A stretch of 41,177 nucleotides of DNA from a virus (lineage: Duplodnaviria > Heunggongvirae > Uroviricota > Caudoviricetes): positions 1 to 41,177 of the IMG/VR virus record IMGVR_UViG_2534681997_000004; one strand, given 5' to 3'. Every line of letters starts with the position of its first letter. Position 1 is the first letter of the stretch. The position numbers and the translations under genes were made by a program. The notes beneath the pieces were generated by a model. That model worked only from the letters and a program-made list of their open reading frames with translations, was not told the origin of the DNA and ran no database searches. Shown here in pieces: positions 1-8,880 of this stretch.

Positions 1-1194
1 ATGATCACCGACACAAAGCTCAGGAAGGCGCTCGGCAAGAAAAGAGATGATATCGAGATTATTTCTGATTCGCACGGGCTCAACGCCAGAATCAGCCAAG
101 CCGGAAAAATATCATTTTTCTATCGGTATCGCTGGGCCGGTAAAGCGGTAAAACTCAATGTTGGTGATTATCCTGCAATGAGTATCACCCAGGCAAGAGA
201 GCGTCGCCAACAATTCAGAAACTGGTTAACTGAGGGACTGGATCCGCGAGAGCAGGTGAAGCTGGATAAGCAGACCCGACAGGAAGCGATGTCCGTTGCC
301 GAAGCGTTCAATTACTGGATTGAAAGGCACTGTATCGCTAACGGGCTAGTTAAAGTCGATTACTATCGCCAGGTGTTTGAGAAACATATCGCCGAACCGA
401 TGAAGAATGTCAAAGTCGATAACACAGCGAAAATGCACTGGATCAACGTCTTCGATTCTATAGAAAGCAGGGTGATGGCTCATTACATGCTTTCGCTGTG
501 CAAACGGGCGTTTAGGTTCTGCGTTAACAGAAGTGTGATCGCCTCAAACCCACTCGAGGGATTACTGCCATCTGATGTCGGGCAAAAGCCTAAAAAGAGA
601 ACTCGCAGGATGGACGATGACGATCTGCGCAAAATCTATCAGTGGTTGAAAAGCCATATGTCGATAGAGTCCGTTTTCCTGGTGAAATTTATTATGCTTA
701 CCGGATGCCGTACGGCTGAGATTCGACTTAGTGAGAGATCATGGTTTCGATTGGATGATAATGAGTGGGTCGTGCCTGCGGGCAGTTATAAAACTCGGGT
801 ACATATTAGAAGGGGACTCTCAGACGCCGCCGTTAACCTGGTCAGAAATCACCTCAAGAAAATAAACACCAATCACCTGGTGACTTCACAACGTAAAATT
901 GATGGCGGGATCAAAGATTCGCCCGTTCATTCACCTGTGGCATCCAATTACGCCCGTTCTATTTGGAATGGAACAGGTATGGCAGAGTGGTCGCTTCATG
1001 ATATGAGGCGGACGATAGCCACAAATCTCTCTGAGTTAGGTTGCCCGCCGCACGTAATTGAAAAGCTGCTCGGGCATCAGATGGTGGGGGTTATGGCGCA
1101 TTACAACCTTCATGACTATATCGATGATCAGAAACACTGGCTCCGCGTTTGGCAGAGCCATCTTGAAGAGATCATCGGAGAGCCCTTCAGTTAA
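1..1194 (+). CDS. int: Tyrosine recombinase / phage integrase (P4-like family)
   Basis: 397-aa ORF; C-terminal catalytic region with LHDMRRT (HxxR) and LGHQ...MAHY motifs typical of tyrosine integrases; ORF begins at window position 1 so the true N-terminus may lie upstream. Confidence 0.85.
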
Positions 1195-1433
1195 TTTATC
1201 TTCTTTTTATCCTCCCACTCTTTGATTGACTCAGAGCGCCAGCGGTTAGGGTTGCCGGGCCAGTCAGGGGGTGGGAACGGGCATACGAAGCCCCGAGGCA
1301 TTGTGTCTGCACTTTGCCATGACCAAAGGGTTTTGCGTGAAATTTTGTAGCGACTGGTCAGGTCTGACGTTACCAAAATATCATCCATAGCTCTCTCCAG
1401 TTGCCCGTTCGGGCCATTCAAAATCTTTTTCAA
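1191..1433 (-). CDS. AlpA-family excisionase / small HTH regulator
   Basis: 80-aa ORF overlapping the int stop; [21 protein letters not shown] resembles the AlpA/Xis HTH; start codon ambiguous (internal Met at 1388 possible). Confidence 0.55.
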
Positions 1434-1672
1434 CCAACCTGCCCGGGCAGGGAGCGGAGACGGCGCATGCCGGTCATCGCTGTGGCCACGTAGCTCGCCT
1501 TTCGGTTCACCACCTCCACCCAGACTTTCACGCCTTCAACCTTCACCGTATAAGTCTCTTTCATCTTGCTTCGCCCATAGTCGCCATATGTTTGCAAGTG
1601 AGCTGCCAGCGCGATGTCGCATGCTTGGCGAGCTAAAGGTGATTGCTTACTTCCTCGATTGATCAGTCGCAT
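1430..1672 (-). CDS. Hypothetical protein
   Basis: 80-aa ORF between recT-like gene and excisionase, overlapping the downstream start by 4 nt. Confidence 0.35.
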   Translation of the reverse strand: MRLINRGSKQSPLARQACDIALAAHLQTYGDYGRSKMKETYTVKVEGVKVWVEVVNRKASYVATAMTGMRRLRSLPGQVG

Positions 1673-1710
1673 ATAATCTCCTTGAGGGAGGGTTACCCCT
1701 CCCGGTCTCG

Positions 1711-2829
1711 TCAGGCCACGTATTCCGGTTTCATATCCGCCAGGGTGATGCTGAATTGATCGTGCAGTTCATCGCCTAAGTGACGCTTTGAAGATGCAAG
1801 CATGCGCTCGGCTTCAGCGAACCGTTCGGCTGCATGCGGCTCGTCGGGCTGGGGCAGGGATTTAATAGCCTCCTCAACCTTGTTGCGTGCATCCACTAGG
1901 TAATAACGCTTTACGGCTTTGTTTTTCAGCTCGGTGAATAGTGCGGATCCCAGCGTAGCTTTCGCCGTTTCAATGTCGGCACGCAGCGATTTGGCGCTAT
2001 CCACGTCCTGAGCAGATTCGATGCGTTCGCGGAAATCATCGGCAAGAGAGCCGACATTTACCGACGATTCCTGTGCGCTTTGCGTGGTTGTGACGGTGTC
2101 ACCTGAGATATCAGCCAGGCTAACGCGTTGCGGCGTTGGGTTGATCTCTTTTTCTGTGCGCTGTTCAATCTCATCAGGGGTGTACACACCAAGAACAACT
2201 GCAGGGCAATACAGGCGCGCCCAGTATTTGAGTGCCAGATAAGCGATCTGCTGTTTCGGGTTTGATACCCAAAGTGGAGAATTACGTGTGATTACGCTGG
2301 AGAGGAAAACAGGCTCTCCCCAGGTGATATCACTTTCACCGCGAATAACGGCACCTACCCGTACCGACAGTCCTTGTTCATCAGCACTTTCCCAACCGCG
2401 TACCATTTCTTTCTTGTCGTACGTCCCGCCACCTTTCGCAGGCTTTTTAACGGTTATCTCGCGGCTGCTGGCACATTTCGACCAGTCGCCCTCGTACTCA
2501 TAGTGAAAGCGGCCAACGATGGCGTTTGAGCTGGAGATCACCGCATTAACCAGTTGCGCTTCGTATCCCAGGACACCGTTAACCAGGTGCGTCTTTTGCG
2601 CCACGGCGTAAGGGTTCATACCCCACTGCATCGCCTGCATGATGATGGCCATGCAGTCTGCCGGATTGCCGCGGAGGTGCTCAGGCACCGTTACGGCTGC
2701 CTGTGCCATCAACCCGGCGACAGACTGAAGCTGGGTTAAAGCCTGCACGTTGAAAATGGCATTGCTGGCTGAGATCGTGTTTGGAGTCTGCTGTTCAGCG
2801 GTTACGATATTCGTGTTTTCCATCATCAT
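1711..2829 (-). CDS. recT: RecT-family single-strand annealing protein
   Basis: 372-aa ORF immediately downstream of the RecE-like gene; central region (GNPADCMAIIMQAMQWGMNP...) resembles the RecT core; recE-recT gene order. Confidence 0.65.
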   Translation of the reverse strand: MMMENTNIVTAEQQTPNTISASNAIFNVQALTQLQSVAGLMAQAAVTVPEHLRGNPADCMAIIMQAMQWGMNPYAVAQKTHLVNGVLGYEAQLVNAVISSSNAIVGRFHYEYEGDWSKCASSREITVKKPAKGGGTYDKKEMVRGWESADEQGLSVRVGAVIRGESDITWGEPVFLSSVITRNSPLWVSNPKQQIAYLALKYWARLYCPAVVLGVYTPDEIEQRTEKEINPTPQRVSLADISGDTVTTTQSAQESSVNVGSLADDFRERIESAQDVDSAKSLRADIETAKATLGSALFTELKNKAVKRYYLVDARNKVEEAIKSLPQPDEPHAAERFAEAERMLASSKRHLGDELHDQFSITLADMKPEYVA

Positions 2830-2834
2830 TCCCC

Positions 2835-5669
2835 TTATGCCTGAGTACGCAGCGCTTCAAGGCGGCGCAGGTCGAAGTCGTTCAGTTCGTCGGTGTAGTC
2901 AGCAGTGATTGGCGCTGGCCATTCACCTGTGTCGAATCCGGTTGCGATATTGCGCATCGCTTTGCGGTACTCGAGCATACCCAGCTCCAGTAGTTCAGCG
3001 GATGCCTCGATGATGGCGATCCAGTGGTAGTTCTCGTCTTTGTTGACGAAAATCCAGAAGAACTGATCCAGCGCTGCGGTTTCGCAGTACATAGCCGCGC
3101 TCAGGTGATAATCACGTTCAATAATTTCCCGGTGTAGCCTGGCGCGCAGGCTTTCCTGCTTAACATTCCACATGCTGATGGTTTTCAGGTCAGCACCGAT
3201 ACGCACGCCGTCTAGGTCGATCTCAAGGTCAGGGCGCACACGAACTTCCAGTCCCGTCTCCTCGTCAAAGCCAAAGTAGCTCACCTCAACGGCGCGGCTC
3301 GGGTGGGTTAGCAGCATGCCTGCGGTCGGGTGTGCCAGCAGGGCCGACTGGATGGCCTGGGCGGTCACCAGCTGCTGGCGCGTCACCAGAATCTTGTCGC
3401 CCGGATTTTCTCGCCAGGCGTCCAGCAGCTCGTCGGCGAATACGGCATCGGGTTTAACCGACTTAATCGCTTGGATCATTTCCGCTTTGCTGCCGGACAC
3501 CTTAAGCGGTGCCGGCTTCTGGGCTTCCTGCTCCACCAGGTCAGGGTTGATGATTGCCAGCTGTTCAAGCAGCGCATCGCGGCTGCCGCTGGTTTTAACC
3601 GGCGCGGGCAGGGTGGCGTTGTACTCTTTGATGCAGGCTTTCATAGCTGCTGCGGTCTGCTTCTGGTCTGGCTCGATGCGCTGGTACTCTGCCGGCAAAG
3701 CCATATAGCTCTGGGCCGTTTCCTCCAGGCTGGCGCCCAGCGGCAGCTGCGCGGGCAGGGTGGCGTTGTGCTCTTCAAGCAGCGCTTTGATATCGTCAGT
3801 GCTCAGCAGTGCCGGCAGGGTGGCGTTGTGCGAATCGATGAACTCGCGCAGGGTGGCGGTGGTAGTAAAAGCATCTTCCGGGATCTCCGGCTCCACGCTG
3901 AACTCTGCCTCAAGGTTTTCAGGCTGCAGCGCCAGGGCGTGAACCAGATTACCCATGTCCAGCACCTTGGAAGGGGCCCGCGGGATAGTTTTGGCGACGT
4001 GGCGCGCGTTGAAGTACATCAGGCTGACCCTGGCATCCTTCACCTGGGTGGAACTGATCCCGTTCGCCGCGTGATAAACGTCATTCGGCACGCCTTCATA
4101 GCGGCCCGGTTCGAAGTACGCCGGGTATTCCGGGACCGGTTGTGAAGGTTGCTCTTCCGGCGCGCTCGCTTTCTCCTCTGATGCTTCGGTGGTCAATTCC
4201 TGCGTAGTGGCGTTCGCCAGCTCCGGCGCCGCGGCGGAGAGCACCTCAGCCGGGTTCAGGGTATCTGTTTGCGGATCAGTTGCATCAGCGCTTTCGCCTG
4301 GTGGTACCGTATCAACAGTTTTGTCTTTCTCTGGCTGAGTCGCTTCCATCTGCACATCGCTGGTGGTCTCCACTACGGTTTCCGGTTTTTCTGCTTCATT
4401 TGAGGGAATATTGATGACCGGGTTAGTATTTCCACTCAACAGGCCATTGATGGAGAACATGCCACCGCCGAGGTTCGCGACCTGCGGCTGAGCTGTTGGT
4501 TCCTCAACCTCTACTTGCGTCTGAACCGCGGACGCGCGCAGGGGCATCAGTTCAGTTGCGGCGTTAAACTCAGCGGTCATGGTCTGGTTAACGAACTCCA
4601 GATGGGCCGCCGGCGTACGATGAATGTTTTCCGGTGCGATCCGTACCAGGTTGAAAATGGCCGCACGGTTTACCGACAGAACGCCAGGCTGGTTACGCAG
4701 AAGGGCGCTCCATGATTTCCAGGGCTCTTCTTTTTTCGCCACGATTTCTTTGGCGCGACGGTGAATGCTGCCCGGGATCTCAAGGTGGTTGAAATCCATC
4801 GGCAGCAGGGCACAGGCGATCTCCAGATCCAGTGTGTCCAGCGTGTGATGCGCACCTTCGCCGCGGTCGGTGACATATCCACCATCGGCATTGGTACCTG
4901 CGTCAGTGCGCTGAACACTACTGATGTGATTACCGGCAGCCCATTCACGCGCCAGGATGCCACGGTCAATGTAATCAGTCGCCGCCCACATTCTGGTGAA
5001 ACGGAGTACCAGCGCGAGTTCGTGACGCTTGTCCTGGCTGAACACTTTGCGAATGGCATCGGTGTAGCGCCACAGGTCTTTGGTGTCGTAACCCTTCACT
5101 TCCGGGCAGTTCTCAGCAGCTAACAGCAAGTTCTGGACGTAACTGTTATCAGTGTCCATCTCCAGCGCGCCGATAGCTTCGTACTCTTCGCGGGTTACGT
5201 GGTGGCGCAGTTCGTCGGCGGTGAACTGGGAAAGCAGTTGCTTACGAAACGGCATCTGCACTACCGGGTAGAGGGTTGAGTCGTCGTCGTGTTCGTCCAG
5301 CGTGATGCCAGCGGTTTCTGGCAGCGTTGACTCAGTAGTTATGTGACTATCAACGGTCTGAGCCGTTTTCTCGTCAGAGTTTTCAGCTGTGACTTTTGGC
5401 AGCCAGGTGCGGTCATCGTTCTGCAGTTCGTAGCGTTTGCACCAGGTGTAATCCACTGCGCCTTCTTCCGGCAGGTCGTCATATACCGGGAAATCGGTGC
5501 GGATTGGTTTGGCATAATCTTTACCGCGGCCAGTTTCTTCAATTCCGGCTTCTTCCAGTGCCACATCGAGTTGGAGATTGGCGCGCGCTACACTTTTCGC
5601 AGTGAACCAAATCACTGCATCTTTCTTGCCAGACTTCTGACTGGCTTTTATCAGATGGAAAAATTCCAT
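2835..5669 (-). CDS. recE: RecE-like exonuclease VIII
   Basis: Long ORF; N-terminus (MEFFHLIKASQKSGKKDAVIWF...FPVYDDLPEEGAVDYTW) resembles RecE; C-terminal nuclease-like domain; start chosen at ATG 5669 preceded by AGAGGA RBS (ORF track extends to 5774 via an alternative start). Confidence 0.65.
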   Translation of the reverse strand: MEFFHLIKASQKSGKKDAVIWFTAKSVARANLQLDVALEEAGIEETGRGKDYAKPIRTDFPVYDDLPEEGAVDYTWCKRYELQNDDRTWLPKVTAENSDEKTAQTVDSHITTESTLPETAGITLDEHDDDSTLYPVVQMPFRKQLLSQFTADELRHHVTREEYEAIGALEMDTDNSYVQNLLLAAENCPEVKGYDTKDLWRYTDAIRKVFSQDKRHELALVLRFTRMWAATDYIDRGILAREWAAGNHISSVQRTDAGTNADGGYVTDRGEGAHHTLDTLDLEIACALLPMDFNHLEIPGSIHRRAKEIVAKKEEPWKSWSALLRNQPGVLSVNRAAIFNLVRIAPENIHRTPAAHLEFVNQTMTAEFNAATELMPLRASAVQTQVEVEEPTAQPQVANLGGGMFSINGLLSGNTNPVINIPSNEAEKPETVVETTSDVQMEATQPEKDKTVDTVPPGESADATDPQTDTLNPAEVLSAAAPELANATTQELTTEASEEKASAPEEQPSQPVPEYPAYFEPGRYEGVPNDVYHAANGISSTQVKDARVSLMYFNARHVAKTIPRAPSKVLDMGNLVHALALQPENLEAEFSVEPEIPEDAFTTTATLREFIDSHNATLPALLSTDDIKALLEEHNATLPAQLPLGASLEETAQSYMALPAEYQRIEPDQKQTAAAMKACIKEYNATLPAPVKTSGSRDALLEQLAIINPDLVEQEAQKPAPLKVSGSKAEMIQAIKSVKPDAVFADELLDAWRENPGDKILVTRQQLVTAQAIQSALLAHPTAGMLLTHPSRAVEVSYFGFDEETGLEVRVRPDLEIDLDGVRIGADLKTISMWNVKQESLRARLHREIIERDYHLSAAMYCETAALDQFFWIFVNKDENYHWIAIIEASAELLELGMLEYRKAMRNIATGFDTGEWPAPITADYTDELNDFDLRRLEALRTQA

Positions 5670-5807
5670 GTGAGATCCTCTTTTTTGAGTGTTAGAATCC
5701 CCGGGCCAGAGATAGCGCCCATTGGATGTTTTTTGGTTTGGTATAAATTCCGGTGTAACTTTGGTCGGTGGCACCGGACGTGAATCCCGCCTTGCGCGGG
5801 GTTTTCG

Positions 5808-5969
5808 TTATGCTTCGTGGGCCATCTGGTCGAACGAAGCGCAACGTACTGAACAGTAATCACGTTGCTCGCGTTTCAACTGCGTGCCGTGGATAAAGAG
5901 CAGTTCGTTTTTAACTTCCTTCCCTTGCTTGATCGGCTTGCGGCAGTACGCGCATTTTTTCTCCTGCAT
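5808..5969 (-). CDS. Small zinc-ribbon protein (CxxC...CxxxC), 53 aa, absent from ORF track
   Basis: ATG at 5969 preceded by GGAG RBS; translation MQEKKCAYCRKPIKQGKEVKNELLFIHGTQLKREQRDYCSVRCASFDQMAHEA with two Cys pairs. Confidence 0.5.
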   Translation of the reverse strand: MQEKKCAYCRKPIKQGKEVKNELLFIHGTQLKREQRDYCSVRCASFDQMAHEA

Positions 5970-5980
5970 AACTCACTCCG

Positions 5981-6331
5981 TTAATGGCTAAGGCCATGTC
6001 CTAAACCGTTTAGATAAACCTCAACCAGCAAATCTTTGGTGTAGGTACGTTCGATGCCACGGTGAAGATACAGGCGACCGCGTGCGTTAGCAGATGCGGT
6101 CCAGGTTGAGTCTTTGTGTTTTACAAGCATCCCCGGCTGAACTGCGCCGCGGTTTACTGTCTGTGTACCGTAGTGCTGATGAACCATGATGTTCTCCACT
6201 ATTGCTGAGTGAACTTCGCTGGTGGTGCCGTGACGCTGATCTTCACAGTTGAGCGTTTTAACTCTGCAATTCACCACCGCGAAGCTCACTTCTGTGTTTG
6301 CCCTTGTCGCCAGGCTGGCGGAACGTTTCAA
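5981..6331 (-). CDS. Hypothetical protein (first gene of leftward early operon; start uncertain)
   Basis: 116-aa ORF with TTG start and weak RBS; no recognisable motif. Confidence 0.3.
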   Translation of the reverse strand: MKRSASLATRANTEVSFAVVNCRVKTLNCEDQRHGTTSEVHSAIVENIMVHQHYGTQTVNRGAVQPGMLVKHKDSTWTASANARGRLYLHRGIERTYTKDLLVEVYLNGLGHGLSH

Positions 6332-6439
6332 ACCTACTGCGCGTTAATATCACCACCTCATTCCGGTTTTCGTATGCCCCGGACGGCTACTTCGTGGGCT
6401 CCATGCCTGGGTGGTTCGTGGTGCGTCTTGGTGAGTTAG

Positions 6440-6469
6440 ATTAAATCACTGGTTTATATACATGTCAAC
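6440..6469 (-). promoter_or_regulatory. Putative leftward early promoter (PL-like) with overlapping operator motif
   Basis: On minus strand TTGACA (6469..6464), 17-nt spacer, TTTAAT (6445..6440); spacer contains TAAATC-ac-TGGTTTAT, a motif that recurs in the repressor/cro intergenic region. Confidence 0.35.
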
Positions 6470-6542
6470 TTAAGGTTAGTGTTAATTGTAAATCTGAGGT
6501 TTATGTGGCTGGGTTTTGTGACACGTCTGCAGAATCGCAGGC

Positions 6543-6569
6543 AAAAAAAATCCCGACGCGTGGTCGGGA
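6543..6569 (-). terminator. Intrinsic terminator ending the repressor-side operon
   Basis: Stem TCCCGAC / GTCGGGA with 5-nt loop; read on the minus strand it is followed by an 8-nt U run. Confidence 0.6.
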
Positions 6570-6642
6570 TGAGAAGGTTCGGGGAAGGCGACAGAGTTAG
6601 TAGCTGAGAGCCTTATAACTCAGGCGTATTGACCAAATCTGA

Positions 6643-7164
6643 CTAAAAGAAGTGCATAAAAGCTTTGTACAGCCCTGTACCAATGGCGATAATCGCAGGG
6701 ACACCTAAGAGAATCGCCAATTTAGCATCAGAGATTTTCTTGTCCACTGTGTCTGATGAGGGCTTTTTGTCTACAGACTCTTTGATACTAGACAGCCTCT
6801 CCAAAACTACAGCCATATTTTTGTCCAGTGAATTCACTGTCGTATCAACTTTTGAAACTGTGTTTTTTATCTCGGCAACATCTTTCTTGATGTGGGCAAC
6901 TTCAACCTCAAGAATAGCCAATCTCTTTTCCATGTCGTCACCTCCATCTTCAGTTGACGTATGAATGATTTCAGTATCATCCATAGCAACTGATGTGACA
7001 ATCCGTTTTTGTTTATCCGAAGCGGCAAAACTACAAGCACCCATAAGGAAGGTTGCTTGGCTCGAAGCTACTGATGAAAACTCTAAGCCTACTGTAGCTC
7101 CGCTATGGTCTGAATATGCAATCAATAACTTCCCTTCACCAAGAGATGATTGAGCCGCATCCAT
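6643..7164 (-). CDS. Hypothetical coiled-coil protein with C-terminal transmembrane helix (candidate exclusion/abortive-infection effector)
   Basis: ATG at 7164 lies 3 nt after the upstream stop (coupled); AT-rich codon usage; heptad-like stretch EKRLAILEVEVAHIKKDVAEIKNTV and C-terminal AKLAILLGVPAIIAIGTGLYKAFMHFF. Confidence 0.55.
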   Translation of the reverse strand: MDAAQSSLGEGKLLIAYSDHSGATVGLEFSSVASSQATFLMGACSFAASDKQKRIVTSVAMDDTEIIHTSTEDGGDDMEKRLAILEVEVAHIKKDVAEIKNTVSKVDTTVNSLDKNMAVVLERLSSIKESVDKKPSSDTVDKKISDAKLAILLGVPAIIAIGTGLYKAFMHFF

Positions 7165-7170
7165 CAATTA

Positions 7171-7452
7171 TTATTCCTCAAACATACTTTTTAAGGATTG
7201 ATAAAAATCATAAGCCTTTTGTTTGCTTAAAGTCACAGACACAACTTTGGTTCGCTGCATGCCCTTGACGACTATATCCGCATTATCCGTACCGATGATC
7301 GGGCTGCTATTCAGGAACACAAAATTGTAAACTTCGTAACCGGCATTTTGTGTGCCGATTGTTACGACACCGTCAGCATTGGTCTCGATGAAATTTTTCG
7401 CTTCGATTACATCATTAAGATGCATAAGTTCGACGGTTGTTTCTTTAGACAC
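7171..7452 (-). CDS. Hypothetical small soluble protein (93 aa), first gene of immunity-region cassette
   Basis: GTG start at 7452 with GGAGGA RBS 5 nt upstream; AT-rich; co-oriented with and directly downstream of the repressor gene. Confidence 0.5.
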   Translation of the reverse strand: MSKETTVELMHLNDVIEAKNFIETNADGVVTIGTQNAGYEVYNFVFLNSSPIIGTDNADIVVKGMQRTKVVSVTLSKQKAYDFYQSLKSMFEE

Positions 7453-7516
7453 CGAATCCTCCAGAAGATATTAAATCTTGAAATATTTTTATTACATGGA
7501 ATTAGATACTACTGGT

Positions 7517-7906
7517 TTAGGTTTGCTCACCTTGCGATCGAATCCGACCCTTCATGTACTTCTCGTACAGCTCATCTAACTCTTTCAGGCGAAGCGCAAA
7601 AATGCGGAGCATGTTCTGCTGCTCTTCTTCCGGTAACTGGCGGTAGAGCTCGAGCAAACGCTGTTCGTCCGGTTTGAGACCGTCTTTCTCCCCAACGTCT
7701 TCACCGAGTAGCCAGGCGACAGAAATACCAACAGCGTCGGCTATGGCCAGTGCCGATTTCTTACTAATCACGCCTTTTTTGAACCAGCCGTTTACGGCCT
7801 GAGGGGTGACTCCAGCTATTCTTGCCATGTCTGCTTTGGTAACGCCGCGATCAGTGATCTCAGTAAGGCGCTCCACCAGAACGAGGTTGGGTTCTTCTTT
7901 TCTCAT
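7517..7906 (-). CDS. Phage repressor, short HTH (XRE/CI-like, RacR-like) without peptidase domain
   Basis: About 129 aa from ATG 7906; HTH region ADMARIAGVTPQAVNGWFKKGVISKKSALAIADAVGISVAWLL; divergent from a Cro-like gene. Confidence 0.7.
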   Translation of the reverse strand: MRKEEPNLVLVERLTEITDRGVTKADMARIAGVTPQAVNGWFKKGVISKKSALAIADAVGISVAWLLGEDVGEKDGLKPDEQRLLELYRQLPEEEQQNMLRIFALRLKELDELYEKYMKGRIRSQGEQT

Positions 7907-8008
7907 ATGGTCATTGTAAATATTTGGTTTATGCACGCAATAAATCCAAAGTTTGCATGAAGTATAAATCTGTGGTTTACTTCTGCTATCAATAAGCAGG
8001 AGAAGCAC
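7907..8008. promoter_or_regulatory. Divergent promoter/operator region (OR-like) between repressor and cro-like gene
   Basis: 102-bp AT-rich intergenic region with TGGTTTAT-N7-ATAAATCC (7925..7947) and ATAAATC-tg-TGGTTTAC (7964..7980) repeats. Confidence 0.5.
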
Positions 8009-8227
8009 ATGTCCGCACTCGATAAAGCAATTAAAGCCGCTGGCTCTGCCAGAAAGCTCAGCATCGCGCTTGGTGTGACGAGTATGTCTGTAAGTCATTG
8101 GAAGAATCGTGACCAAGGGATCGTCCCGCCAAGCTATATCTTCCCGATTTTCAAAATGACAGGCGTAACCCCCCACGAGCTGCGCCCTGATCTCTATCCA
8201 AATCCCACTGACGGATTACCAAAGTAG
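8009..8227 (+). CDS. Cro-like HTH regulator (YdaS-like)
   Basis: 72-aa ORF with AGGAGA RBS, divergent from repressor; HTH ARKLSIALGVTSMSVSHW. Confidence 0.6.
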   Translation: MSALDKAIKAAGSARKLSIALGVTSMSVSHWKNRDQGIVPPSYIFPIFKMTGVTPHELRPDLYPNPTDGLPK

Positions 8228-8238
8228 GAGCACTGACA

Positions 8239-8796
8239 ATGCAAACACTTTCTTTTCAACAGAATAACAGAGCGCCATCAGAGCACCTGAAATTCCAGTA
8301 TCAACACAGTGAGGCTGAAGGCCAGCCGGTCGATCACCGGGCTATCTGTTCTGCCGTCCGCGCCTGGGCGGCGGCAGAGGGCCGCGTGGCGGTCGCTCTG
8401 GCGATTAAAGAGGCTGCCGAACAGGCCGAGCTTGACAGCATTGACATGACCGGCAGCGCCGATGTGTGGAACGTGAAGCTGTTTCGCTGGCTGGACAACC
8501 ACGAGAAATCACCGGCCTACCGGGCGAACGTCGAGCAGCTGGCGCCGGTAATAATTTCGGTTCTGCCGCTGGCGTACCGGGATCGCGTGATTAAGCACGA
8601 CTGCTTTGCGGTTCGTGTCGCCAGGTCGGTGAAAGAAGACGCTGAGGCGATACAGGCTGTCGTCCTCAAAGCCCCCAGACACGAACGGATGAAGGAAATC
8701 AGCGAGAGCATCGTAGCCAAGCTCTACCTGGACGGACCTGATTCTGTGGCGCCCATTATGGCGATGGTTACAACGATGCTGGGTGGTGCGCTATGA
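8239..8796 (+). CDS. Putative CII-position regulator (YdaT-like)
   Basis: 185-aa ORF immediately after the cro-like gene with GGAG RBS; assignment by position and vague family resemblance. Confidence 0.4.
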   Translation: MQTLSFQQNNRAPSEHLKFQYQHSEAEGQPVDHRAICSAVRAWAAAEGRVAVALAIKEAAEQAELDSIDMTGSADVWNVKLFRWLDNHEKSPAYRANVEQLAPVIISVLPLAYRDRVIKHDCFAVRVARSVKEDAEAIQAVVLKAPRHERMKEISESIVAKLYLDGPDSVAPIMAMVTTMLGGAL

Positions 8797-8880
8797 CGGG
8801 CTCAGAAATGGCGAAAGCCGCGGTGCTCGAACACCAACGGCTTTCAGGTGCAAAAACTGTGCGTAATTGCGGAGAACAGT

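Noticed and set aside
3316-5123. Several plus-strand ORFs (3316..3708, 3330..4145, 3760..3942, 4515..4715, 4761..5123) inside the recE-like gene
   Set aside because: They lie antisense to a long, well-supported minus-strand gene in GC-rich DNA and have no ribosome-binding sites or recognisable protein features; most likely shadow ORFs.
5783-5806. Hairpin plus T-rich tract that could be a plus-strand terminator or a nut-like boxB element
   Set aside because: Only a 5-bp stem; not followed by a U-run on the transcribed minus strand and no boxA-like sequence nearby, so not called as a feature. Mentioned under the small zinc-ribbon finding only.
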